From NCBI GenBank assembly GCA_030615175.1, contig JAUWZX010000001.1, positions 126,566 through 190,565 of the forward strand: 64,000 nt of DNA, in the 5' to 3' direction. Every line of letters starts with the position of its first letter. The first letter of the stretch is position 1. Shown one piece after another: positions 1 through 8,411 of this stretch. The notes under the pieces are model-generated. The model was not told the DNA's origin. It saw only the letters and a program-made list of their open reading frames with translations, and searched no databases. The position numbers and the translations under genes are program-made. This DNA is from Candidatus Parvarchaeota archaeon (GTDB lineage Archaea > Nanobdellota > Nanobdellia > WJKC01).

Positions 1-848
1 TAATGCTTTGCAAGTGCTTCAGCAAAAGTTGTTTTACCAGCCCCTGGACTTCCGCTAATAATTATTCCTGATGATTCTTCATTCAGTCTTTTAATTAATT
101 TTCCTGGCAGTTCATAATTGTTTAATTCCATTTCCTTTATTGGTTTCGTGGCAGTTATTTCCCATCCCTTGCTGAATGGCGGTCTCGTTATCACTATTCT
201 GTGTTTCCCTATCTGCACTATTGTGCTTCCTTTCCTGTCAATCTCTATGAATCCATGTTCAGCCAGCCTTGCCATTTCCATTACTTCTTTGGCGTACTTT
301 TTAATTTCTTCTCTTTTTAGTTTTCTCTTTCTTGCTTCAACAAAGTTCCATTCGCCTGGCAGGCCTCTTTTAGCCATTGGTTTTATTCCTTCCTTTAAGT
401 GAATGCTCATCGTGTCTTTTGTGAAGAATTTGTTTATGCTTAATTTCTTCTTTGCTTTTCTTAGGTCGTGATAAATTACTTTTACTCCAAAGGCTTCAGC
501 GCTTCGCGCCTGCACTAAGTCGCCTGTTATTAGTGTTGCTTCATTGTCGTGTGCCAGCTGCCTTATTAAGGCATCAATTTCTCCTTTTTTTGCATACCTG
601 ATTTGCGTTGCGTCAGGTCTTTCTCCAACAAAGTCAAGTTCTATTTTTTCTTTTTCACTTAATTCTCTTAACTTTTTAATTTCACTTAACCCTATCAATC
701 CAATTTCCTGTCCCGTGTTTGCTTGGTGCTCTAATTCGGCCATTACTGCTTTTGGGATTAATATTTTTCCTTTTATTTTTCCTTCTGCCGCTTGTTTTGA
801 CAGCAATTTTTCTATTATCACGCTCGTGTCAGGCAAATACTTATTCAT
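1..848 (-). CDS. PIN-domain ATPase (PINA / PINc-VapC family ATPase), 5' part; runs off the left edge
   Basis: Not in the ORF track. Manual translation from ATG at 848 gives MNKYLPDTSVIIE (PIN start), AVMAELEHQAN..G..GL.EI, LITGDLVQA and Walker A GIIISGSPGAGKTTFAEALA at the window edge. Confidence 0.9.
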   Translation of the reverse strand, partial: MNKYLPDTSVIIEKLLSKQAAEGKIKGKILIPKAVMAELEHQANTGQEIGLIGLSEIKKLRELSEKEKIELDFVGERPDATQIRYAKKGEIDALIRQLAHDNEATLITGDLVQARSAEAFGVKVIYHDLRKAKKKLSINKFFTKDTMSIHLKEGIKPMAKRGLPGEWNFVEARKRKLKREEIKKYAKEVMEMARLAEHGFIEIDRKGSTIVQIGKHRIVITRPPFSKGWEITATKPIKEMELNNYELPGKLIKRLNEESSGIIISGSPGAGKTTFAEALAKH

Positions 849-881
849 AATTTAGAATTAATGTGCTTGCTTTTTAAACCT

Positions 882-1994
882 TTACCTTTCTATTTCTCCT
901 TTTATGAATTTCTCAACTAGTTTTTTTGCTTTATTATCACTCATTTGTATTGGAGGGGTTTTCATGAAGTAAGCTGATGGTGAGTGCAGGGCGCCGCCAA
1001 TGTTTCTTTCAAGTGCTAATTTAAGGCATCTTATGGCATCTATTGTCACGCCTCCTGAGTTTGGCGAGTCCTCTACTGACAGTCTTAGTTCCAGGTTCAT
1101 TGGCAGGCTTCCGAATAATTTCCCTTCCATTCTTATGAATGCTACTTTATTGTCTTTCTGCCATGCCACGTAATCGCTTGGTCCTATGTGAATGTTTTTT
1201 GGTGCTAATGGAATATCTAAGGATGACTGTACTGCTCCTGTTTTTGATATTTTTTTTGAAATTAGTCTTTTCCTGTTCAGCATATTTAGGAAGTCAGTGT
1301 TGCCTCCTGTATTAAGCTGGTATGTTCTTTCTAACTTGACTCCTCTGTTATTGAATAATTCTGCAAGGATTCTGTGGATTATTGTTGCTCCTAGCTGGCT
1401 TTTAACGTCATCTCCTATTATTGGAATCCCTTTTTCTTCAAACCTGTTGCTCCATTCCTTGTTGCTTGCAATGAATACTGGCATGCAGTTAAGCATTCCT
1501 ACTTTGGCTTCTAAGCAGCCTTCTGCGTAGAATTTTACTGCATTTTCTGACCCTACTGGAAGGTAGTTCAGGAATATTTCTGCTCCTGAATCCTTTAGTA
1601 TTTTTACTAATTCATGTTTTCTTAGTTCTTTTTCCTGTGATAATATGAATACTTCATCCTTGTCAAATACATCGTAATTTTTCATGTGTTCTGAGAAGCT
1701 GTCAAGAATTTTTCCCATGTGCACTTTCACTCCTTTTTCCGGCATGTTTTTGTAGAAGAATGTTGTGCAGTTTGGTTTGGCATATATTGCTTCTGAAATG
1801 TCTTTGCCAACTTTCCTTTCATCTGTGTCAAAGGCAGCCACTACTTCAATATCGCCTGGCTTGTATCCTCCGATATCATAATGCATTAATCCTATTACTT
1901 CGTCTTCTCCTTTGTTTTTATAGAATTCAATGCCTTGTATCAGGGCGCTCGCGCAATTCCCTATTCCGGCTACAGCAATTTTTATCCTTTTCAT
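882..1994 (-). CDS. ino1: myo-inositol-1-phosphate synthase
   Basis: GIGNCASALIQG, GDDVKSQLGAT, YQLNTGGNTDFLNM, VEDSPNSGG and SAYFMKTPP motifs. Confidence 0.95.
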   Translation of the reverse strand: MKRIKIAVAGIGNCASALIQGIEFYKNKGEDEVIGLMHYDIGGYKPGDIEVVAAFDTDERKVGKDISEAIYAKPNCTTFFYKNMPEKGVKVHMGKILDSFSEHMKNYDVFDKDEVFILSQEKELRKHELVKILKDSGAEIFLNYLPVGSENAVKFYAEGCLEAKVGMLNCMPVFIASNKEWSNRFEEKGIPIIGDDVKSQLGATIIHRILAELFNNRGVKLERTYQLNTGGNTDFLNMLNRKRLISKKISKTGAVQSSLDIPLAPKNIHIGPSDYVAWQKDNKVAFIRMEGKLFGSLPMNLELRLSVEDSPNSGGVTIDAIRCLKLALERNIGGALHSPSAYFMKTPPIQMSDNKAKKLVEKFIKGEIER

Positions 1995-1995
1995 T

Positions 1996-2011
1996 TTTTA
2001 CACCTGTAAAA
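1996..2011. promoter_or_regulatory. Putative PadR operator 1 (TTTTACA-CC-TGTAAAA)
   Basis: Perfect 7-2-7 inverted repeat overlapping the ino1 RBS (AGGTG on the minus strand). Confidence 0.6.
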
Positions 2012-2047
2012 CTTTAAGTAATATTATAAAGCACATGTATTTAAATC

Positions 2048-2063
2048 TTTTATACTTGTAAAA
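2048..2063. promoter_or_regulatory. Putative PadR operator 2 (TTTTATA-CT-TGTAAAA)
   Basis: Second copy of the palindrome with one arm mismatch, immediately upstream of the PadR ATG. Confidence 0.55.
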
Positions 2064-2069
2064 TATATT

Positions 2070-2375
2070 ATGGTTCAGCTGCCTTTAAACCGTCTTAAAG
2101 AGAAAATTGAAAAAGAGAACTTGTGGCTTTTTGTTCTTAGCAGTTTGTCTAAGAAGAGGAGATACGGCAACGAGCTCAGGGGCATTTTTAAAGAGAAGTT
2201 TGGTTTTTTAACAGGCACAATGACTGCGTATAAGGTTTTATATCTCTTAAAAATTGGCGGTTATGTTAAGTCAGAAAGGGAGGGTAAACTCATTTATTAT
2301 GAGATTACTGGCAAGGGGAGAAAGGAATTGATTAATGGCAGGAAAGTTTTAAAAAAGTATAGTGAAATAATTTAG
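2070..2375 (+). CDS. PadR-family winged-helix transcription regulator
   Basis: LSSLSKKRRYGNEL..I..F, AYKVLYLLK.GGYV, IYYEITGKGRKEL; divergent from ino1. Confidence 0.85.
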   Translation: MVQLPLNRLKEKIEKENLWLFVLSSLSKKRRYGNELRGIFKEKFGFLTGTMTAYKVLYLLKIGGYVKSEREGKLIYYEITGKGRKELINGRKVLKKYSEII

Positions 2376-2381
2376 TATTCT

Positions 2382-3653
2382 TTAATTCTTAGGTTTTATT
2401 TTCTTCTTGCCTATATATTTCCATAGTGCTTTTGGTATGCTGATTGTGCCGTCATGGTTCTGGAAGTTTTCTATTATTGCAACTATTGTTCTGCCTGTTG
2501 CTATTGCAGTGCTGTTAATGGTGTGAATGCATTCTTTTTTGCCTTTCTCATTAAGGTATTTGATATTTAATCTTCTTGCCTGGTAGTCTGTGCAGTTGCT
2601 GCATGAAACAATTTCCCTATACTTGCCCTGCACTGGGAACCATGCTTCAAGGTCATATTTCTTGGCTGCAACAATGCCTAAATCCCCTGTGCAGATATTC
2701 ACTATTCTGTAAGGTATTTCTAGTGTTTGAAGTATTTCTTCAGCATTCTTTAATAAGTTTTCAAATATTCTCCAGCCATTTTCCGGTTTGCAGAACACGA
2801 ATTGTTCTACTTTATTGAATTGGTGCGTTCTGAATATTCCTTTAGTATCTTTGCCGTGCGCTCCTGCTTCTTTCCTGAAGCATGGGCTAATCCCTGCATA
2901 TTTTAGAGGCAGTTTTTTTCTGTTTATTACTTCATTCATGTGCATTGCCGCTATCGGGTGTTCGCTTGTAGCAATTAAGTATAAATCTTCGTCTTCAATT
3001 TTGTACATCATGTCTTTAAAGTCAGCTAAATCAGTTACTCCTTCGTATGGTTCCCTTCTCATCATTAGTGGGGGTTCTACTGGCATGAAACTTTTTTTAA
3101 CAAGGAAGTCAAGCGCGAATGCCTGTAATGCGTAATCAAGCAGTACTAAGTCTCCTTTTAGGTAGTAAAATCTTGCTCCTGAGACCTTGCTTGCTTTTTC
3201 AGTATCCCCTAAATCATATTCTTCTAGTATGTCAACATGGCTTTTGGGTTTGTAACCTTTTTTTATCCTGCCCCATTTCTTTATTTGTATATTGTCTTCG
3301 TCGTCTTTCCCGTAGGGAACTGATTCATGAATCAGGTTTGGCAGTTTCATTAATAATTTTTTGACTTCATCTTTTAATTTGTCCACTTCTTTCTCTGATT
3401 TATTGATTTCTTCATTTGTCTTGTGCATTTCCTTGATTTTCTTCTGTTTTTCCCTGCCTTTTAGTTTTGGAACTTCTCTTGAAACAATATTCCTTTTATG
3501 ATTTAATTGGTCAAGTTTTTTTAGTGAAGTCCTCCACTGCTTGTCCTTTCTTACTACTTCATCAACTTTTTTCAGCAATTCAGGGTTTTTCCGTTTTTTG
3601 TAATTGTTTTTAATTAGTTTTGGGTTGTCCCTGAATAATTTAATGTTAAGCAT
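2382..3653 (-). CDS. serS: Seryl-tRNA synthetase
   Basis: LIATSEHP, CFRKEAGAHGKDTKGIFRTHQFNKVEQF, EIVSCSNCTDYQARRL; start placed at MLNIK (3653). Confidence 0.97.
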   Translation of the reverse strand: MLNIKLFRDNPKLIKNNYKKRKNPELLKKVDEVVRKDKQWRTSLKKLDQLNHKRNIVSREVPKLKGREKQKKIKEMHKTNEEINKSEKEVDKLKDEVKKLLMKLPNLIHESVPYGKDDEDNIQIKKWGRIKKGYKPKSHVDILEEYDLGDTEKASKVSGARFYYLKGDLVLLDYALQAFALDFLVKKSFMPVEPPLMMRREPYEGVTDLADFKDMMYKIEDEDLYLIATSEHPIAAMHMNEVINRKKLPLKYAGISPCFRKEAGAHGKDTKGIFRTHQFNKVEQFVFCKPENGWRIFENLLKNAEEILQTLEIPYRIVNICTGDLGIVAAKKYDLEAWFPVQGKYREIVSCSNCTDYQARRLNIKYLNEKGKKECIHTINSTAIATGRTIVAIIENFQNHDGTISIPKALWKYIGKKKIKPKN

Positions 3654-3743
3654 TAAATCAGAATTATTCAGCATTGTTTTAAAAAATTATTCATTTTTTC
3701 ATTGGCAAAAGTTTTTTTATTAATACTTGCTTACCTTTTTTTA

Positions 3744-4412
3744 ATGAATTCACTCGTTATCCCTGCTTATAATGAGGAGAAGCGTGTTGAGAAGACAATT
3801 AAGTCCTTGCTGAAATTAAAAGGTTTTGAGTTAATATTTGTTGTTGACGGTGATGACAGGACTTCTAAGATTGTTTCTAAATACATGGAGGAGTATGATA
3901 ATATTCAATTAATCAGGCCTGTTGTGCGCAAGGGCAAGTGGGCGGCAATTATTCTCGGCTTCAGGAAGGCAAAGGGTGATTTTGTCGGCTTTGTTGACGC
4001 TGACCTGCCAATAGCTTTTAATGATATCATTAATGGTTTTGAACTCATAAAGTCAAGTGACATTGTTATTGGTTCAAGAACTGTTGGAGGGGCTAAAGTT
4101 AAGCGTGAATTCCTAAGGAGTGTTTACAGCAGATTATTTAATTTTTACGTCCGCGTTCTATACTGGCTTCCTTATGGTGACACTCAGTGTGGTTTCAAGG
4201 TTTTTAAGAAGCAAGTAATTAAGGAGTTAATTCCTAAGATTAAGACGAGGGGATGGGAGACTGATGTGGAAATACTTTTCACGGCGAGGAAGCATGGTTT
4301 TAAAGTGGCAGAGCAGCCAGTTGCGTGGCAGGAAGTTAAGGGCACAAAGCTTAAGGCAAGGGCAATGCTTATGATGATTATTAATTTATTCAAGTTGAGG
4401 TTTAGTTTATGA
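3744..4412 (+). CDS. GT2 polyprenol-phosphate glycosyltransferase (dolichyl-P glucose/mannose synthase-like)
   Basis: SLVIPAYNEE, GKWAAI..G, FVDADL, DTQCGFKVF, DVEIL; start placed at MNSLVIP (3744). Confidence 0.88.
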   Translation: MNSLVIPAYNEEKRVEKTIKSLLKLKGFELIFVVDGDDRTSKIVSKYMEEYDNIQLIRPVVRKGKWAAIILGFRKAKGDFVGFVDADLPIAFNDIINGFELIKSSDIVIGSRTVGGAKVKREFLRSVYSRLFNFYVRVLYWLPYGDTQCGFKVFKKQVIKELIPKIKTRGWETDVEILFTARKHGFKVAEQPVAWQEVKGTKLKARAMLMMIINLFKLRFSL

Positions 4413-5764
4413 AGTTAAAGGCTATTAAGAAGTATAAGTTCATTTTAATTCTTTACTTCCTTGCCTTAATTATTTTCATTATCCAGCATTCAACCGGATT
4501 GTCCTGGGATTTCTCTGCTTACGTGTTGAATGCTCGTTATTATTTATCAGGGTTCACTACTTATTTCGAGCCTTTAAGGCCTCCGCTGGCAAGCATGTTA
4601 TTAATCCTTTTAGGTGCCGGCACTTTATTTTCCGAGTATGTTTTCATTGTTTTCGTTTCACTTATTCATTTATTTTCCTGTTATAAGTTATGCAAGAATC
4701 ATGGTTTGGATTTGAATATTTTTTATGCAGTTTCATTAACTCCTTTTTTCCTGTCGCTTGGTTTTCTTGCAGGCACTGAACTTTTGTCATTAACAATGAT
4801 TCAGTTAATGTTTGCTTATTTTTATGATAAGAAGGCTGGATTATTTTTAGGGCTTGCAGCGCTTACTCGTTACACTAATATTTCTTATTTCATTACTTTA
4901 TTATTTAAGCGGAAGTTGAAGCCGGTAATTATTGCATTATTAATTGCTGCTTTAGTGGTTGTTCCTTGGTTATTATTTAACTGGGTTAAGTTCGGCGACC
5001 CTTTGTTCAGCATTCTTGACCAGTATGCTAATAATATTGGTTTGAGAGGTTATTTATGGAAGACTCCTTCTTTTTTGGAATTCATAGAGTTCTTTAATTA
5101 TACTTTATTACTGCTTCCTGTTGGCTTGTTTTTTGTTTTTAAGAAGCCCAGGAAGGTTTCAAGTATTGATTTAGTCATGTTATTCTCTCTTGTTTTTGAG
5201 ATTTATTCTTTTATCAGGATTCCGTTAAGAAGTTCTCGTTACTTGTTTGTTGCTGTCCTTCCTGTTTCTTATTTTATTACCAGGGTTTTGCAGGCCAGGA
5301 AGACTTGTTTAAGGACTGCTCCTGTGATTCTGCTCGTATTAAACTTAATCCTTCTTCCATTGTACTCACCGTACTTGAGTTTTGTCAGTTCTGATTATTA
5401 TACTCCTGCATTAGAGCTGGTTGGTGACTGCATGGTTACGAGTAATGCATGGGTTTACGTTAATTATTTAGGCGTTAGTGCAGAGCCTTACCCTCATCCT
5501 GACGCGATTAGTAACAGGATAAATGATGGTTACCGCATATTATTATTTAAGAATGTTGGCGAGCCTGAATACACTTTTGATGATTTATTCATGAGCCAGT
5601 TCAGTGTTCTGGAGAATACCAGCACTCATTACTTGCTTGGTGACTGGGAATTATGCAAAGACCCTTATGGTTATGATTTATCTTATCTTCAGGGAATGAA
5701 CAGGACTTACATGGAGGTGCATGGTTATGAATTATCGTACACAATTTTTGACTTATTTAAGTAA
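4409..5764 (+). CDS. GT-C fold multi-TM glycosyltransferase (PMT/ArnT-like)
   Basis: Polytopic hydrophobic protein; first-loop WD motif then RPPL; GLAALTRY; RYLF; overlaps upstream GT2. Confidence 0.7.
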   Translation: MKLKAIKKYKFILILYFLALIIFIIQHSTGLSWDFSAYVLNARYYLSGFTTYFEPLRPPLASMLLILLGAGTLFSEYVFIVFVSLIHLFSCYKLCKNHGLDLNIFYAVSLTPFFLSLGFLAGTELLSLTMIQLMFAYFYDKKAGLFLGLAALTRYTNISYFITLLFKRKLKPVIIALLIAALVVVPWLLFNWVKFGDPLFSILDQYANNIGLRGYLWKTPSFLEFIEFFNYTLLLLPVGLFFVFKKPRKVSSIDLVMLFSLVFEIYSFIRIPLRSSRYLFVAVLPVSYFITRVLQARKTCLRTAPVILLVLNLILLPLYSPYLSFVSSDYYTPALELVGDCMVTSNAWVYVNYLGVSAEPYPHPDAISNRINDGYRILLFKNVGEPEYTFDDLFMSQFSVLENTSTHYLLGDWELCKDPYGYDLSYLQGMNRTYMEVHGYELSYTIFDLFK

Positions 5765-6905
5765 GAATTTAACAGCAGTAATTTCTGTTTTAATAATTGT
5801 TCAGGTATTAATTCTCTTGTTATTCACTAGCATTGAGTTCTTGACTTATGATAAGGGGATTTGGTTTAATGTTGTTAATGGTATGAGGGAGGGGAGGATT
5901 CCTTACATCACTACTGATGAGTTCATTCTCGGTCCTTCAGAGTATCCTGTGTTGTTCACTTATTTCCTGCTGCCTTTCACTTTGCTTCCTGATAGTTTTT
6001 ATTATTTCAGTCTTGTTTTTGGTCTTGTTCAAGTTTTTTTCACTTTTTTAATAGTGCGTGTTTTGGTTTTGCTTTTTAATATGCGCAAGGAGGATTCTTC
6101 GAAAGTGCTGTTCTTGTTTTTATGTCCTGTTTTTTACTTAATGAGTTTGTCGCGTTTTGATTTAATGCCTGTCGGGTTATTATTGCTTAGTTATTATTAC
6201 GCGAGAAAGGGGAATCCTTATGCTTCAGGAGTTATTCTCGCTCTCGCGTCCACTCTTAAGTTATTCCCTTTAGTCTTTGTGCCATCATTCTTCCTTATTA
6301 AGAAACTTGATTATAAGAAGTTCCTGCTTGCCTTTTTACTTACTGCTTTCGCGATTTACATTCCAGTTTTCATTCTGCAGCCAGGGACTATTTTTTCCCC
6401 TCTTAGTTTTGTTGGTTCTGATTATCGTCCTGAGTCATTGTTCGGTTTTTTAGGTTTCATGAATTTAGCTGTTCCTTCCTGGGCTGCTAGTTTAATTAAG
6501 TATTCAATTATTGCTTTAGTTCTTATTCTTGCTTTTAAGAAAGTCAGGAGTGCTGTCGGGTTTGGGTTTTCACTTATTATTTTATTAATGGTTTCAAGTC
6601 CTTTATTTAGTCCTCAGTGGAATATCTGGATTGTTCCTTTATTATTACTTATTGGTGTTTGTCCGTTAATCATAATTGTTTTTGAAGTTATTACTTTCAT
6701 TGAGTTCCCTTTCATCTGGAGTAAGGTTGCGGGGTTGACTGGCTTCACTCATGAGCGCTTCTTTGAAGGAGGAGTGTACAGTATTTTATTCGTCCTGCTT
6801 AATATTGCGCGTTATGCTTTTCTTTATTATTTCTTTTACCGGGTTGTTAAGAAAGAAGGCGCTTCACTTAAGTTTCCTAAATTTTTATTAAGAAAGAAAA
6901 GTTAA
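5721..6905 (+). CDS. GT87 (DUF2029/PimE-like) polyprenol-P-sugar dependent glycosyltransferase
   Basis: GRIPY...EYPVL, RFDLMP, LKLFP and FSPQW..W motifs in a multi-TM protein. Confidence 0.75.
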   Translation: MVMNYRTQFLTYLSKNLTAVISVLIIVQVLILLLFTSIEFLTYDKGIWFNVVNGMREGRIPYITTDEFILGPSEYPVLFTYFLLPFTLLPDSFYYFSLVFGLVQVFFTFLIVRVLVLLFNMRKEDSSKVLFLFLCPVFYLMSLSRFDLMPVGLLLLSYYYARKGNPYASGVILALASTLKLFPLVFVPSFFLIKKLDYKKFLLAFLLTAFAIYIPVFILQPGTIFSPLSFVGSDYRPESLFGFLGFMNLAVPSWAASLIKYSIIALVLILAFKKVRSAVGFGFSLIILLMVSSPLFSPQWNIWIVPLLLLIGVCPLIIIVFEVITFIEFPFIWSKVAGLTGFTHERFFEGGVYSILFVLLNIARYAFLYYFFYRVVKKEGASLKFPKFLLRKKS

Positions 6906-6915
6906 GAAGTAATTA

Positions 6916-7296
6916 ATGGATAATTTTACACTGATAGATTTAGATGATTTATTGGAAAATTATGATTTAGGACATAAGGCAAGGTTTATGAATGTTTGTT
7001 ATGATTCTGATGGGCTTAAAGGAGGAACTGCAATTATTAGATTATACATGAATTTTTATGGATATCCAGGCGTTCGTTATGCTAAAAATATTGTTAGCAA
7101 ATTTAATAAAAAAAAGAATAATAATTTTGAATTAAAATTTAATTCTAGTTTTCCTATCAATCTTGAAAGATGGAGTGAACCAGCTAATCCTAAACCCTGC
7201 TTTTATATTGAGAAAGTGCCACTGGATAAGGATGCTTGTGAGGAAGCAATATTAATAATGCTTAAGGCGCAGAGTAAATTGTTTAAGAAAATTTAA
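6916..7296 (+). CDS. Hypothetical protein (126 aa)
   Basis: Clean ORF filling the gap between convergent operons; no motif recognised. Confidence 0.6.
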   Translation: MDNFTLIDLDDLLENYDLGHKARFMNVCYDSDGLKGGTAIIRLYMNFYGYPGVRYAKNIVSKFNKKKNNNFELKFNSSFPINLERWSEPANPKPCFYIEKVPLDKDACEEAILIMLKAQSKLFKKI

Positions 7297-7844
7297 TCAT
7301 AATCCTTGTCTTTTGAAATTCTTGATGGCGTTGCAGTTGTCTGCCCTTGATACTTGCCTGAGTAAGGATTCTTGCAGGGATTTGATAATTTATGAAGTGT
7401 TAGTTTACAAATCTTCATTCTTGGATAAATCTTTACAGGCATTTTGCCGATATTGGCAACTTCAAGTGTTAACTTGCCTTTGAATCCTGCGTCAACCATT
7501 GCTGCTGTCTGAATGATTATTCCTAATCTGCCGAGGCTGCTTCTGCCGTCAAGATTTGCTGCTAAGTCGTTAGGCATTTCAATCCATTCATGAGTGGTTG
7601 CAAGAATGAATTCATTAGGGTGCAGTATAAAGAATTCACCGTCATTAATCACTTTTAATTCAGTGTAGTCTTCACTGTCATTTAACGGGTCTATGTGTGT
7701 TTTAGCAATGTGCTTGAAAATCCTGAATTCATTGCCAAGCCTTAAGTCAATGCTGTTAGGTCCTATTAATTTCCTGTCAAAAGGTTTTAAGACTAAACTC
7801 CTTTCATCAATTCGTTTTTCAATGTCATCGTCACATAAAATCAT
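7293..7844 (-). CDS. dcd: dCTP deaminase (possibly the dUMP-forming bifunctional type)
   Basis: PNSIDLRLG, DGRSSLGRLG, QTAAMVDAGFKGKLTLEV (catalytic Glu present), YSGKYQGQ. Confidence 0.92.
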   Translation of the reverse strand: MILCDDDIEKRIDERSLVLKPFDRKLIGPNSIDLRLGNEFRIFKHIAKTHIDPLNDSEDYTELKVINDGEFFILHPNEFILATTHEWIEMPNDLAANLDGRSSLGRLGIIIQTAAMVDAGFKGKLTLEVANIGKMPVKIYPRMKICKLTLHKLSNPCKNPYSGKYQGQTTATPSRISKDKDYD

Positions 7845-8409
7845 TCAAAACACCTTTAATGTCTTCATGAACTTCCTTAATGCTTTTATCACCGTTTATT
7901 ATTATAAACCTCTTGCTTTTAAGCAGTAAATATTCATCCCTGACTTTTTTTAGCACTTCTTTCATTTCGTATTTATCTTTGCTTTTATTCCTGTTATTAA
8001 CCCTGTTAATTGCTGTTTTAACAGGCGCGTCCAGGTAAATCGTTAAGTTAGGTTTTGGAAAGCATTTATTCAGGTTAATAACCCATTCTTTGTTTAAGCC
8101 CATTGCTGTCTGGTAAGCAATGCTTGAATGAATGTACCTGTCGCATATAACTGTTAGTCCTTTCATTAAACTTGGCATTATCACTTTCTCAATGTGCAAT
8201 GCCCTGTCAGCAGCGAATAATATTGCATCAACCCATTGCTCTGTGTCCGGATTCTTCAAGTGCTCCTGTAGCACTTGGCTTGTCTCTAAGTCCTTTGTCG
8301 GTTCCTCAGTTACCTTAACCCTGATTCCTTTAGTATTTAACCATTTCTTCAGTAACTCTACCTGTGTTGTCTTGCCTGAACCGTCAATTCCTTCAAAAGT
8401 TATGAACAT
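7831..8409 (-). CDS. tmk: Thymidylate kinase
   Basis: FITFEGIDGSGKTTQ, LFAADR, VICDRYIHSSIAYQ. Confidence 0.96.
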   Translation of the reverse strand: MFITFEGIDGSGKTTQVELLKKWLNTKGIRVKVTEEPTKDLETSQVLQEHLKNPDTEQWVDAILFAADRALHIEKVIMPSLMKGLTVICDRYIHSSIAYQTAMGLNKEWVINLNKCFPKPNLTIYLDAPVKTAINRVNNRNKSKDKYEMKEVLKKVRDEYLLLKSKRFIIINGDKSIKEVHEDIKGVLNDFM

Positions 8410-8411
8410 AC

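Noticed and set aside
118..3364. Plus-strand ORFs 118-402, 544-855, 1192-1530, 1760-2017, 2576-3364 and similar S/F/L-rich ORFs across the window (e.g. 24104-24652, 37562-38176)
   Set aside because: They are antisense shadows of well-supported genes and carry no motifs
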